Part shown: positions 30,661 through 45,569 of the stretch, piece by piece
Position numbering within the stretch: position 1 is the first letter of the stretch
Layout: each line of letters opens with the position of its first letter
Assembly (NCBI RefSeq): GCF_009914755.1
Contig: NC_060928.1
DNA: 64,000 nucleotides
Origin: the human T2T-CHM13v2.0 reference genome, Homo sapiens
Reading direction: 5' to 3' (one strand)
Notes under the pieces: generated by a model
What the model was told of the DNA's origin: nothing
The model's database searches: none
What the model saw: only the letters and a program-made list of their open reading frames with translations
Made by a program: the position numbers and the translations under genes

Positions 30661-31639
30661 AATTCAGAGACAGTAACTACCCCATCTTAAAGCAACAGGC
30701 CTACAACAGAAGCCTGTGGAACCAGATGTAAAGGATCAGTTCTGTGTCTAGGTACTCCGTTCCCACAGTACTGTCAGAAAGTAAGCAAGTCAATTTGGGA
30801 TGGAATTTCTACCCAGTATGTTGTTGCTGTGTGGTCTTCTGACCTCCTGGCTTTTCCATTTTATCACCTCCATGGGAAAGGACTTAGGCAGCAGATGTGG
30901 CTGTGCCACAACTGCCACAGCTGTGGGCTTGGGTGGAGGAGCTGTGAGCTAGAGGACGGCCACACCCATAGCACAGCTGACATCAGCCACACATGAAGCT
31001 GGGAAGCTGCTCTCTACTCTCAGCACCCTCAGGGCCAAGAGAAGCCCCAAAAGAGAGTGGTTACTGCCCTTATTCCAGGCCCCAGAATTCTCTGCTTTGC
31101 AAATCCCAGGCTGAGCCCCATGGTTAACCCTCTCTGGTTCTTCGCTCTACCCTTTGGAGAGAAGACAAAGCAATGAGAAGTGGACCAAGAACAGCCCTCC
31201 TAATAGAATATCCTATCCAACCTGTGATTTCAGCCAAGGGTAAAATAACTACTCTGGGTCTATCAAAAGGAGAAAAAAAAAAGATTCAAAGAACCCAGAG
31301 CATCACAGTAAACAGACCAGTTTCTAACACTACCTATTATAGTATTCCAACCAACTCCAAAGATCAGTTGACACTCCCAGCATCTTAAGGGGTAGGGCTA
31401 AGAGTCTTCTTTACCTAAATAACCCAAGACAGGCAAAAGGAAGGGAAACTCATGAAGTCTAGGCCTCAGTGTGTAAATGTATATATCCCACTGAAATTGC
31501 TGTGAGAGAATTTTGATATTTATGCCACTTAGCAGTAGTAGTATTTGTTCCAAGTTTCTGAGCATGTTGCCTAGTTGATTTTAATTCCAAGAGTAAAACC
31601 CCTTCTTTTCTGTCTTGGGGGCTTCAGTAACTGGTATGT

Positions 31640-31671
31640 CCAAATATGGCAGATATAAGTTCTGTGAGTCA
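31640..31671. promoter_or_regulatory. Consensus CArG box (CCAAATATGG) next to an AP-1 site (TGAGTCA)
   Basis: Exact motifs at 31640-31649 and 31665-31671. Confidence 0.45.
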
Positions 31672-34600
31672 TCACTTAAAAATTGGAGTGAACTTCACTA
31701 TCCATTAGCAAAACAAAGTGGCATTTAAACCATGACCAGTGACACACCATTTTTCTACCTAACTCTTGGCATAAGTTACCATTTGTTGCTGTAAGGATGC
31801 CATTCTGGAAATGTTTAATGCTCTTAGAATCTCAGCTTTACAACATCTATTACCGTATATTAAAACTTTTTTCTTATAATTTATGAATTAAGACATGAGT
31901 TTAAATAGTCATGTCATAAAAGGTGGTGAAAAAAAAATTCAAAATAGCTAAATCTTTCAAGATATAGTAATCCCAAAAGCATAAAGTGTAGTTGACAGAA
32001 AACTGAAGTTGACTCCTTACTTCCTTAATGCCCTTTAGTTACCTTAAATTTTGAAATTTTAAAGTTATTTGAGTTTAGAAAAAAAAGTATTTGGGTTTGA
32101 AAGGGAGAATACATGTATGTTTTCTAGTACACTGTAGCCCAGATGAAATGAAATAACCAAGGAAAAGAGGAAGACTAGAGTGGAAAAATTAGTTCAGTAA
32201 TGAAACACAGACGGTAGAGCTCTCCTGAGCAGTGGAAAATAATTACAGAAAGCAGCCAAGAGAAGGGTGAGAACCAAGGAGGGAGGAAAATATTAAAGTT
32301 CAGCAGAATATTTTATAGAATATGATATTTTTCCACCTGGGTTAATCTTTTGGGAATAAGAAAAACATTAGATATTGTTGACTGCATCCAAATTCTACTT
32401 GGGATAGAACACACAGCTCTAAACATATACTGGGCTGTGTATCACACTCGATGTGTGTAGCTCAAGCAATTCATAAGAGACCAAAGCAATCACATAGTTT
32501 AGCAAAATAATGAGTGACTGTGCAGTTACACCAAAGAGAATGCCAAAATGAGGATCACAAATACAGTTTATTTTAGACTCTAATCCTATCTTTAAGAACA
32601 ACGACATCTAAACACGAATGTTTTACTTTGTTTTGTTGTGTTGCTAAGTTACTTTGTATTGCACTTGGATTTTGGAATGGCTATTTTGCAGTCTGATGTT
32701 TCCTCAAACTGCATTATGTATACAAGTGGCAAGCTTTTATGAAGACCTGTGTGCCACAAGTTAAATTTCATAAACTATGAAATATAAATGTTATTTCCAT
32801 ATTACATAAATAATTGGCCTTGCACAAGGTATGAAATAATCTTTACAAGCTGGATGTTTAATACAGAATCACTTTTAGAATTCAAACTTATTTGTAATAT
32901 AAGCTTTAAACTCTGTGGATTTGTTTGGAATGGAAAAGTAACACACAACTGAGTTAAATATAAAATGTTAGTTTGTTGCTTGTGTTTTGTTTTAGCATTA
33001 TAAGGTTTCCTGGCTCATTTCAAGCTTCACTCTAAACATTCCCTTCCATTATTCTTATGTTCATAGTAAAGCAGATAGAAATGAGAAAATTAATAAAAGC
33101 AAATGCAGCAGCATTAATGTGCATCAGAGCCTACTAACTATGATTACCAGGGTTAATAGGCATATTATTATTAAAATCACTTATTGCTAATTCTATATGA
33201 CCTTTGTCAAAAATAGTATGTTCAGACTTAAAAACCTGAATTTTCTATTATGCACATGGAAGGCATCTTTTCAAAAAAGCTTCACTGAACTCTGGGGGTT
33301 TTTTCCCCCAAACAAAAATGACAAAATTATACAACTTCTTAGTTTGGATGCTCTCTAAATGCTCCTGGTTATGTATTGGTTAGTAATATATTTAGCCAAT
33401 AACACTGTATAAATCAAACTAATAATTCTGCCTCCTGAAGACCACACCTTCCCCTTTCATGTTCAGAAGTGCAGGTTGGTATCAGAATAGAGAGATTACA
33501 AATGATAACTATTCCTTTTTCTTAAATTTGGGAAGTTAAGGAAATATTCTGTGGCAATATTTGTATATATGGTTCTAAGCAGTAGCAGCAAAAACCCTGA
33601 AAACAGTGTAGAAATGTGTGACCTTTCCAGAGTAGTATGCCAACCTGTTTACTTTTTTTTTTTTTTTTTTTTTGAGAGGGGAGGAAGAGGCAGGCTAAGC
33701 ATATCAAGGATCTGTTTAGAGCTGAATAGGGCATATTTTTCCTCCTCCACATCAAATGCAGCCATCACACTAACAAGTACATTTCAGTATGATTGTGCTT
33801 AGCACCTTTCAAGCACCAGCAGAAGTTAAAAAGGTTAATCTGCTTCCCACATAGTCTGCCTCCTGTGCCAAAGGTATTTTGTTTTTCCTTTGGAGTAAAT
33901 TACATTCTAATACCAAGAAAAATAAAATTCCATTACATAAACAATTCTAAAGGATGCCTCAAAACTGGTTATTATAATTATATCCATAGTGAGTGCTACA
34001 ATAATTTAACATTTTGAGCATTGGCTTCATGCAAAACACAATGCTGCCCGGTGCTTTACAAGTATTAATGCCTTTAATCTTCATAAGAACCCATTAGGTA
34101 TTAACTATATGGCCTTGTTTTACAGAGAAGGAAACTTAGAAAGATTAAGTTACCTGCCTAAAGTCACTCACCTGTAAGGGACAGCAGAACTGGTTTACAA
34201 ACTTAGACTGATTCCAGAGCTACTGAATGCAATACGAAGGTATTTAAGGCTCATTCCAGGATTAAGAGCACTAAGTGGCAGGGGAGATAGTGGTTAAATA
34301 TGAAAGAATTTTAGAAGGAGGTAAGCATATACCTCATGTAAAGTATATTCACATGGAAATTCTTGCTGGGGTCCGCCAAGCTGCTGGGGCTCCTAAAAAC
34401 CATCTTGATGCATGTCCATGCATAATGTCTCAGACCCATGATAACACAGTACCAGCTATGAGGAATTTAATAATGATAATTTATGATGTCACATACCATT
34501 TGATATTTATGAGAGCATTTAGGTTACATCATTTAACCCTTAAAACATCCTTGTGAGAGATATATGTAGCATCCCTATTTGTACAGAAAAAGAAACAAAG

Positions 34601-36014
34601 GCTTGAACAAATTCAGTGATTTGCTCAAAGTTTTAGGAAAAGTCAGCACTCAAATCCAGGTTAGTGAGGTGTGTTTGTTTGACTGTTTGTAACAACCCAT
34701 ACCTCCTTTTCCAAATTCAAGTTTAAGTCTGAATTTAACTTACATTATATCTTTTTCTAACCGCATAAATGATTAGTTCATTTTAACTTACCATGGATCT
34801 TCTGAGCTTCATATCACAAGGAAGGATATATCCAAATTATAAGCATTTCATCATGGAAGCCGCAAAGCACATAATAAGGAAGCCATATCCCACATCAGGA
34901 CAATTGGAAGCTATTTGTGTAAAACAATACACACACTTCCTTGTCCTCAACCTCCAAAAAGAATCATTAATTTTAAGTGTTCATGTGTTATCTTGTATGA
35001 TGCATCAGTTGGATAGTTCATGATGGAGGTCTTCTAAGCAAGTTACATCTAGATTTTCTACAGCAAGTACAGATCTGGAGAACTTGGATGAAATTAATTT
35101 TTAGATTTCAGGCTAGTTTAGGGAATCCCAAATGTTTGCCAAGAGTTTAGCATAAGAATCTGTATCAAGTGGCCTGTGCTTCAGGTACAGTTAATCTGAG
35201 CTAGAAATAATTCTCCTTCATAATGTTAGACTTCATGTCTCCTTGGAAATTTTCAGGAAACACAGTGTTTTAACTATGACCTCAATAGCAAACACCGTGA
35301 ATGCCAGACGGAGTCACATATGTAGTGGTATAAAACTAGTTATGTTTGTTTCTTTGTGATGACCTCTCTTTGGTAATTCCTCATTCTTCTCCTGTCTGTA
35401 TTACATTCCTATGTGTCTTTGCCTTTTCTGGGTGGTTATAGCCCTAAAGAAGTCCAGGTTTTAGGAGACCTAGAGAACCCCCCCAGTTAGAGTCCTGCCC
35501 TTCAGTGAATCTTGCTATGGGATTTTTCTCTGCATTCCCTCCACTAGTGCCCTCACCCTGACCCCCACTCCAGTCTACTCACAGTTGGAAAGCAGTTCTT
35601 CAAAACACACAGAACACTGCAGCTTCTGTTACCTGTCTCTATAGGCAGCTTGCAATAAAAATGACAGCCAATGGGAGAATTTTATTCTGAGTGTAAGTGC
35701 ATGAGGGCTTCTCATCAACTCTGAGCTAGAACTCACTAAGTCTAATCATTGATGGTACATCTGCTTCTTGTTTTTCCTCTCTTGCTGTTACCTTTGGCAG
35801 TCATCACAATTTAGAAGCACATCTTCTCATTCTTCTGAGAGAGTGAAGGAGAAAAATCATCTTTTTTGCTACTCTGCTGGTAACAGTGAAAAAAACAAAT
35901 TAAGAGAAAGGGCTGAAACAAAAACCAAAGTAACAATGTGTGGCTTATCCATGTCATCTGGGTGCCCTGAGTATTACTTGTCTGTTCACATATGACAGCG
36001 TTTATCAAACTCTT

Positions 36015-36300
36015 TTTTTGCTTTTATTATTTTTAGTTGACACAATGATTATACATATTTATGAGGTACAGTGTGATATTTCAAAGCATGTATACAACGT
36101 ATAATGTTCAAATCATGGTAATTAGCATATCTGTCACCTCACTTATCATTTGTGTTGGAAATACTCAAAATCCACTCTTCCAGCTATATGAAAATACACA
36201 ATAAATTATTGTTATCCTACAGTGCTGTGAAACACTAAAACTTTTTCCTCCTATGTAGCTGTAATTTTGTATCCATTAACCAACTTCTGGCTATCTCCCC
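36015..36300 (-). mobile_element. L1M 3'-end fragment
   Basis: tacatatttatgaggtacagtgtgatatt...aattagcatatc resembles the reverse L1MA 3'UTR. Confidence 0.7.
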
Positions 36301-36512
36301 GACCCCACCACCCCGTCAAAATTTCAATTGACAAATTTAAGAGAACAAAATATAGGTTTTTTTAATTACATAGGCCCTTATCATATGACCCACATATTTT
36401 AGGTATTTAACTGCTTCTAGTTTTTAAATCTCAAATATGTTCATTTCATGAGAACATGGCTTCATTTAGTCATGAAGCTCTCCTTATCATCCCACGCATA
36501 CTTCTTACATAA

Positions 36513-36868
<356 letters not shown>

Positions 36869-37358
36869 AGCCACTAACATTTAATTAGTATATTACTATA
36901 ATTAGTATATTACTAAAAAGAGAAAACTGAAATCATCTAGGTTTGATTTCAGAATTGGCTACAGCTGGTAGATGACCATGAAAATGGAATCTTCACAAGA
37001 GACTGATGTCCTCCTGCTATATTTTACAATTCAACATCATGTGTTACGGAGACCTTTGCAGGTTACAATTAATCAAGGGTTGTCATTTTAAATACCATCC
37101 TAGATAAAACAGTAAAGCTTATTTAAGAGTTCCAAAAAAAGACCTTGTCACCTTCAAGTTCTTCAAGTAAAAATAGTTTTACTGAGGCACTTAACTCACA
37201 GGGAAAGTGTTTTTCTGAAAAGGGTTAGTCATTACTCAAATGGCATACTGAATTTTTTATGAAATAATGTCTTATAGAGAATAGGACAGTAGGCATGATA
37301 GTGCTTAGTGGTTAATAGTTTTAAATAGCAAATCATTTATTTCCTGATATTTCTACAG

Positions 37359-37453
37359 GGCCGCATCAGTTGTACTGGACGGCTAATGGTACAGGCTGTC
37401 AACCAAAGAGGTCGGAGTCCCCGGTCTCCCTCAGGCCATCCTCATGTCAGAAG
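37359..37453 (+). CDS. PALLD: Palladin exon (GRISCTGRLMVQAVNQRGRSPRSPSGHPHVRR), end of Ig3 and linker
   Basis: ctacag| acceptor, AG|gtattt donor, 95 nt. Translated by hand (not in the ORF track); phases fit. Confidence 0.94.
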
Positions 37454-39326
37454 GTATTTAACATGTTCCTTCCCAGAAGTGTTACATTATTTTATTTATT
37501 ACTATAAATGTAGTACTATTAGAATCATCATATGACCACAAAAGTAAACATAACTGGAAGATAGAATAGGAATGCAAACCTGAAGCCTGTGGCTCCTTGA
37601 TTATTATGCTCCCTTGTGATGCAGAAAGGGAATGGGAACAAACATTCGCTAATGTGTGCTAAGCCCATTCACATATACTATTAGTTTGTTAAATAAGACA
37701 TATTTTATAGACAAATAAATCAAGACTCAGCACTTTTAAATGGCATATGAAAATACTACTAAATGGTACACAAATGTTGGAAACCAAACTTCTGTAACCA
37801 ACAGCTGTGTGAGTGGACGCACACATTAAAAGCTATTACCACTGGGTTTCTTAAAATCAGCTCATTTGTTAATGTTCATTTTTCAGCCACTTAGTTCAAA
37901 ACATAAGACCATTAGACTACAAATCTTGTAGGTAAGATCTGTCACATTTTAAATACTCAGATATCTGCTAGCAATAGAGATGCTTTCCATTCCTAGTAGT
38001 TCTGAGTCTATGCAAGGACACTGATGGAACAATGGTAGGCAGAGATAGAGAAAGGATTATTACTTCTTAGTAACACATTTGCACTTAAAAAAAATTCAGT
38101 AAGTCAACCATCCTGTCAACTTGGCCTGTTTAGATATTTTATAGACAGAATATCCTCAAATAGTCCTGAGTCTAAATTACAGGCCATAGGTGCAAACTCC
38201 TTTAGTGAAGAGAATACATAGTTAGCTCACAGAGAGTAGGCAGGAAAACTGAGTAAACATCAAACAAGTGGTGTGTGACTGCATCCACACAGACTTTTGT
38301 TCAACATTTGGAAGACAGTTCTGGCACCAGAGCATGTGTAGATTTAATTCTAACTTCATCATGGCAATACCTATTCACAGGATGCTAGCCTGTATCTTTG
38401 GGTATAAACATAGCATATACAGGATTAGGTCCATTGTCTTGCATTATTCTCTTTGCTTCTCTTGTTGTCTGCAACACATTTTTAAGCCTTTCCTTATATC
38501 AGTGGGTCCTGGAAAGCTTTTTTTCCCATAAATTAGATCTATACTTAGAGAAGGGTAAACTATATTAAAAAGCTAATAATTATTAGCCTAGTATGCTTCT
38601 TTCATTTGTTCCACTCTTGCTTTTCCTAGTTAAGTGTTTTTAAACTTATCTTCTAGTCACTACTGACAGAATTTGTATTCAACATCTTTTAAGTCTTCCC
38701 TGCGATTACTTTCAACTGTATTCCTCTTAAAGGTTTCTCTGGCAACCTTTAAAAGTGACAGAGATGCACAGAATCTGGGAGATTTGTACAATCTCATTTT
38801 TTAAAGCAAAAAATAATGCCTCTAGGCATATGGATAACTAATGCAAAAGAAAACTTGCCTAAAAATGTAATTTGTTTTCCTGCTTAATATGAAAAGGAAT
38901 TTTAATTAAAAATATATTGAATTTTTATCAGAACTTTTAATTTCCTACAAATTTAAAAATCACAGTGTAAAGTTCTAGTAACTTCTGTTGAAAAAGATTT
39001 GGTAATAAATGAGCAATAATGCTACTTTTCATAAATATTTAAAAATATTTAGGAAAAATATGTTAATATGTAATACCCCATTTTTTTCCATTTCCCCTTT
39101 TATGATTTATAGTAGCCTGCAATTGGCAGACAATTAAATTTATAGTAAACTTCCAAACTAAACAAGAGTTTGCTTTTCTGATTTTTTAATGTGTAAATCT
39201 TAGCTGTAGGGATCAGATAAGGAAATCATATTATTACCCCATGTATTTTAAGAAAACAGATGACTAAAAGTCTGGAAGTAACTACTATCTATATTTCTAT
39301 CTATCTGTCATCTTTCTTGTTTCAAG

Positions 39327-39459
39327 GCCTCGTTCTAGATCAAGGGACAGTGGAGACGAAAATGAACCAATTCAGGAGCGATTCTTCAGACCTCACTTCT
39401 TGCAGGCTCCTGGAGATCTGACTGTTCAAGAAGGAAAACTCTGCAGAATGGACTGCAAA
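39327..39459 (+). CDS. PALLD: Palladin exon (PRSRSRDSGDENEPIQERFFRPHFLQAPGDLTVQEGKLCRMDCK), basic linker and start of Ig4
   Basis: ttcaag| acceptor, AAA|gtaaga donor, 133 nt; RxRxxS Akt-type motif spans the junction. Confidence 0.94.
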
Positions 39460-39562
39460 GTAAGATTTTGTTATTGCTTGCATATCCTATTGCCCCACTT
39501 CTCCCTCACTTGCCATTTCTCTATAGTTCCTTTTGGGGAAATTACATAAAGTATAAAATGAG

Positions 39563-39848
39563 AGCTGGGCACAGTGGCTCACACCTATAATCCCAGCACT
39601 TTAGAGTCCAAAGCCGGGCAGATCGCTTGATCCCAGGAGTTCAAGACCAGCCTGGGTAATATGGAGAAACCCATCTCTACCAAAAATACAAAAGTTAGCC
39701 AGGCGTGGTGGCGTGTGCCTATAGTCCCATCTACTTGGGAGGCTGAGTTGGAAGGACTGCTTGAGCCTAGGAGCTGAAGCTATGTGAGCTATGATCGAGC
39801 CACTGAATTCCAGCCTGGGTGACAGAGCAAGACCCTGTCTCAAAAAAT
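39563..39848 (+). mobile_element. Alu (AluJ-like)
   Basis: Full dimer. Confidence 0.92.
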
Positions 39849-40117
39849 GAAATGATTCTAGCTTAAGGGGGGGAAAAAGTGAAATACGTCGGATATTTAT
39901 ATATTGTTTACTATGATTCTTTAAATCTAAATTAAATATGTTCTTTACTCAGAACCCTACATGACATTACTCTAGAAAGTCATCAGGAGGTTTTATTTAT
40001 CCCTTTAAATGTTGAAATAATAAATATGATAAATCTACCATGTCTTCATTCTTTTTTCATACAAATTTTGTATCCATATATCTACTCTGACTTTTATTCC
40101 TCCCATTTTCTAATTCT

Positions 40118-40400
40118 TTTTTTTTTTTTTTGAGACAGAGTCTCACTCTGTCACCAGGCTGGAGTGCAGTGGTGCAATCTCGGCTCGCTGCAACCTCTGC
40201 CTCCTGGGTCTCCTGCCTCAGCCTCCTGAGTAGCTGCGATTACAGGCATGTGCCACCAGGCCCAGCTAATTTTTGTATTTTTAGTAGAGATGGGGTTTCA
40301 CCATGTTGGTCAGGCTGGTCTCAAACTCCTGACTTCATGATCCGCCCACCTCAGCCTCCCAAAGTGCTGGGATTACAGGTGTGAGCCACAGTGCCCCGCC
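40118..40400 (-). mobile_element. Alu
   Basis: Reverse Alu; cccattttctaattct TSD. Confidence 0.94.
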
Positions 40401-40418
40401 CCCATTTTCTAATTCTAA

Positions 40419-40779
<361 letters not shown>

Positions 40780-41289
40780 TACAGCAAGGCTTTTTAACCC
40801 AAGGTCCTTGGGTAGGCAGGCTTCATTAGGTGTTTGAACTCTGAAATTACCTACAAAATTATGTGTGTAAGATAACGTTCATCCATTTCTCAAAGGAGTT
40901 TAGGGAAAAAATATTTAAGAAACACTGCTCTAAAATTTTTTGTTTGATTTCTTTTTTGCCCCCTGTTTACTGATCTTAAATTTAGTTTAACTCTTAAATA
41001 TGGATAAGGTTTTAAAAAGTTATTTGGGCTCCCTCTGCTGGTTCTGTATGGAATATGAGAACACAAATATAGGCTGCTTAGAGGATTTGGGCATTGTTTC
41101 TTCAGAAAGTAAATCTGGGATTATAGAAATGTATAAAAAGAATAAATATAACAAAAATATTTTATTTCTTAGGATCATTATTTATTTTTTACAGTATAAA
41201 TACACAAATTGTGTTTCAGTCTGTATATATTTTATATATATATGAGTGTGTATTCATTTTTGGTCTATAATTAAGAATTATACAGTACA

Positions 41290-42240
41290 GCTACCATATG
41301 ATCCAGTTAATTCTACTAGTGCTTATATATCCGAGGAAAATGAAATCAGAGGCTGGGCACAGTGGCACACGCCTGTAATCCCAGCACTTTGGGAGGCTGA
41401 GGCGGGCGGATCACGAGGTCAGGAGTTTGAGACCAGCCTGACCAACATGGTGAAACCCCATCTCTACTAAAAATGCTAAAATTAGCCAGGTGTGGTGGCA
41501 TGCATCTGTAGTCCCAGCTACTCAGGGGGCTGAGGCAGGGGAATCACTTGAACCTGGGAGGCAGAGGTTGCATCACTGCATTCCAACCTGGGCAACAGAA
41601 CAAGACTCCCCGTCTCCCCCACAAAAAAAAAAAAAGAAAAGAAAATGAAATCAGTAGCAATATCTGCATTCCCATGTTCATTGCAGCACTATTCATAATA
41701 GCCAGGATACGGGATCAGCCTAAGTGTCAACAGATGAATGAATAAAGAAAATATGAGATATATATATATATACATACATACACACACAGTGGAAAATTAT
41801 AATCCTGTCATTGTGACAACATGGATGAACCTGGAGGACATAATGTTAAGTGAAATAGGCCAGGCACAGAAAGATAAATACTACAGGATCTTACTTATAT
41901 GTGCAATATAAAAAAGTTGAACTCATAGTAGAGAATAGAATGGTGATTACCACGGGCTAGACGGGGAGAGGGAAAGTTGGGGAAATGTTAGTCAAAGCAT
42001 ATAAAATTTCAGACAGGAAGAATAAGTTCAAGAGATCTGTTGTACAACATGGTGACTATAGTTAATAACGATGTACTATATACTTGAAAATTGCTAAGAG
42101 TAGGTTTTAAGTGTTCTTACTACAAAAAAAAATGAAGTCATACATATGTTAATCAGCTCAGTTTAGGTATTCCACAACACATACATATTTCAAAATAATG
42201 TGCAGAATTACATACAATTTTTATCAATTAAAAAACACTT
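41290..42240 (+). mobile_element. L1M 3'UTR fragment interrupted by a + strand Alu (41350-41640)
   Basis: cccatgttcattgcagcactattcataatagcc, atggatgaacctggaggacat; gaaaatgaaatcag duplicated around the Alu. Confidence 0.85.
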
Positions 42241-42674
42241 AAAAAAATTCATACAGACCACTTGTAAAATAACGTTTTGAGTTAACCAGGGAAATTTTAT
42301 TTTAAATAGATAATTAGATTATACCAAAGAATTATTAATTTTACGTGTAAAATGGAATTGTGATTATGGAAAAGTCTTGTTTTTAGAAATGCATACTGAG
42401 CTATATGGGGGTAATGGTATATAAAATCTGGGATTTATTTTTAAATATAAAAAATAAGAGAGTGACTAAATGATGGGTATATACACACTTACCATACTGG
42501 TTATCTCTATTTTTAATCATATTTAAGAAAGAAATAACAGTACTGTCTTTCACTGGACTGGCACATAACTGTCCTTAAAACGCCTGCCATTAAAAGAATA
42601 TTGGAAACAAAAAGTAAACTGCCTATTGATTTCACTATGATGATCTGACCTGGATAAAGAAAATGTGAAAAATC

Positions 42675-42969
42675 GGCCAGGCACGTGGGTCACGCCTGTA
42701 ATCCTAAAACTTTGGGAGGCCGAGGCAGGTGGATCACCTGAGGTCAGGAATCCGAGACCAGCCTGGCCAACATGGTGAAACCCCGTCTCTACTAAAATAC
42801 AAAAAAATCAGCCAGGCATGGTGGCAGGCGCCTGTAATCCCAGCTACTCAGGAGGCTGAGGCAAGAGAATTGCTTGAACCCGGGAGGCGGAGGTTGCAGT
42901 AAGCTGAGATTGTGCCCACTGCACTCCAGCCTGGGCAAGGAGCAAGACTGTCTTAAAAAAAAAAAAAAA
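42675..42969 (+). mobile_element. Alu
   Basis: Full dimer; gtgaaaaa flanking repeat. Confidence 0.94.
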
Positions 42970-44542
42970 GTGAAAAACCTTGCCACATGTACAGATAGAT
43001 CAGGAAAAAAAAAAAGTTAGTGTATTTAAGCTTTGAAAGGGGAAAAAATCCTGACGATAAGCCAAACACTAAAGCAGCAGCTTGCTTTTCCTCCAAAAAG
43101 CCCCCTCCCCTTTTAGCCCCTGAGGAACATTCCTAGACACTGATTATCCTTAACTGGTACTAAATTTTCAGGAAAATAACTAATTCCACTCCCATAGCAA
43201 CAAGCATCACTATTTTCATGTGTGCTGAGAGTACAGATCTAGTTACATTGTGACCTGCTGGTGGTGACCTTCAGCTCCTGAGATCATGCTGTCTTTACTT
43301 AGCCAGGAGAACTGGGGTTAGAAAAAAGGTACAAGGGGCATTCTCTTTGCCCTAGCATGAGTAACTATCCACTGGGTAGGTTCACTGTGAATCACGTGGT
43401 TTGAGAGTACGCGTGCTTTGGGCATCTCTCCTACTAAACATACTGTGGCTTCAGTCAGTAGATGGCTTATCTAGGATCTAACCTGGTAAAGTAGGAACAA
43501 GCAGTGCCGCTTTGTTTCTAGATGTGGGAACAACAAGGAGCCTGACCAAAGATGTCCACTCCCTCTTCCTCCACACCACTTCTGATGACCTCCAAACAGG
43601 TCAGGCAGTGTACATGGAGAGCTGGGGACAGCAAGTGGATAGATAGGAGAACACAGAGCCTGAGTGTCTCAGAAGCCAAGCTGCCTAACTACTGCTGTTT
43701 GTTTCCAAAACCTCTTCATCCTTTTAACCAGTCATTTAAGTTTACTTTAAATGCTGTAGCCCTTTGCTACATGTGTGGTGGGAGGCATCTTGCAGGTAAT
43801 ATCAGTTGAGTATCACGTAGCAGGAATGGAATTTGTGAGTCCTCTGGCTGATGCTGGCAAAGCTAGTTCTTCAAAAGAACTGTTTTACAGTCTAAGTGAC
43901 ATCTTTTTGTATATAACTTCGTACTAGTAAAGTTGGGGGTAGGGGGTAAAAAGGCCTTCCTTAACAGTGCATTTCTTCCATTCAAAATCAAGGGCAAAAC
44001 TAAAAAGCTGGCAGATGGCGACCATCCTGACCCTTTGCGGCACAACATGTTATTAGCAATTAAATGCTTTTATCTGATCTCTGGTCCACACAACTGTCAA
44101 GGTCTCAAGATTTTATGATGTTTCCATTGTGATGGTAATTTGTTGAGATGGCTTTCTGGGTAATTTCGTATTGCTCTTGTTATTCAGTTTCAAGGATTAT
44201 AAAATAATAATAGCAGCCCTGTGTGCTGACGAATGCATTCTCCATAACTATGGCTGCTCCTTGATGAGAAGCTTTACAGTACTATATATAAATGCCAGCT
44301 GAGTATTTGTTATTATTGTTGGACATCTTTTTTCAAAGAAGCCCAGAGCCTGGTGCTGATATCATCCCATTAATCTCCATAGCCCTGGGCAAGGTAAGAC
44401 CATGACAGCAATTTTTTAAATCCCATCTCGGTCTTCTCTAGGTTGCTCTGTAAGAATTGTTTAGATGTAAGCTGGTGAGTGCTCAGGAAGCCAAAGTTTA
44501 AAGCAAAAGTTTTAAGCAAAAGAGTAACATGAGCTGATACTA

Positions 44543-44886
<344 letters not shown>

Positions 44887-44964
44887 TTATGCAGACTTCT
44901 TAGCTACCAGTGATTTCACTCTGTTTTAATACAAAAATTTACATGTATTTCTTTTATGATTTAG

Positions 44965-45172
44965 GTCAGTGGGTTACCAACCCCAGATCTAAGCTGGCAA
45001 CTAGATGGAAAGCCCGTACGCCCTGACAGTGCTCACAAGATGCTGGTGCGTGAGAACGGGGTGCACTCTCTGATCATAGAGCCAGTCACGTCACGTGATG
45101 CCGGCATCTACACATGTATAGCTACCAACCGAGCAGGACAGAACTCATTCAGCCTGGAGCTTGTGGTTGCTG
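44965..45172 (+). CDS. PALLD: Palladin exon (VSGLPTPDLSWQLDG...DAGIYTCIATNRAGQNSFSLELVVA), Ig4
   Basis: tttag| acceptor, G|gtaggc donor, 208 nt; DAGIYTC motif. Confidence 0.97.
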
Positions 45173-45516
45173 GTAGGCTCATCTGTGAATCCTTGCTCTC
45201 TGACAGAATGAACATCAGACTTACAAATGTAAACTAATTCTACATTACTAACCAATACGGAAAATAAAGTATTGAAAAAATAGATTGTATCATCAAAATA
45301 GCCAATGAGGACATGGTTATAAGGCCTAGCAAAACAGAAACAGAAATCTTTCATTTCTCCCACTAACCTGGCAAAGAGAGAAAAAGATTTTATTAGCTCT
45401 TTTGGGTCATTCGACCTCCTGTGTGTATAGTGGCCCCTAGTGTTACATAGAGAAATAGTAACAGCAGCATGGACTCCAAGAACCAAAGAATTTGCTTATA
45501 TATAAAGTTTTATATT

Positions 45517-45517
<1 letters not shown>

Positions 45518-45567
<50 letters not shown>
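45518..45567. repeat. (TA)n(CA)n compound microsatellite
   Basis: Directly visible. Confidence 0.95.

Positions 45568-45569
<2 letters not shown>

Noticed and set aside
36882-36915. 17-bp tandem duplication taattagtatattacta
   Set aside because: Ordinary AT-rich slippage next to an Alu
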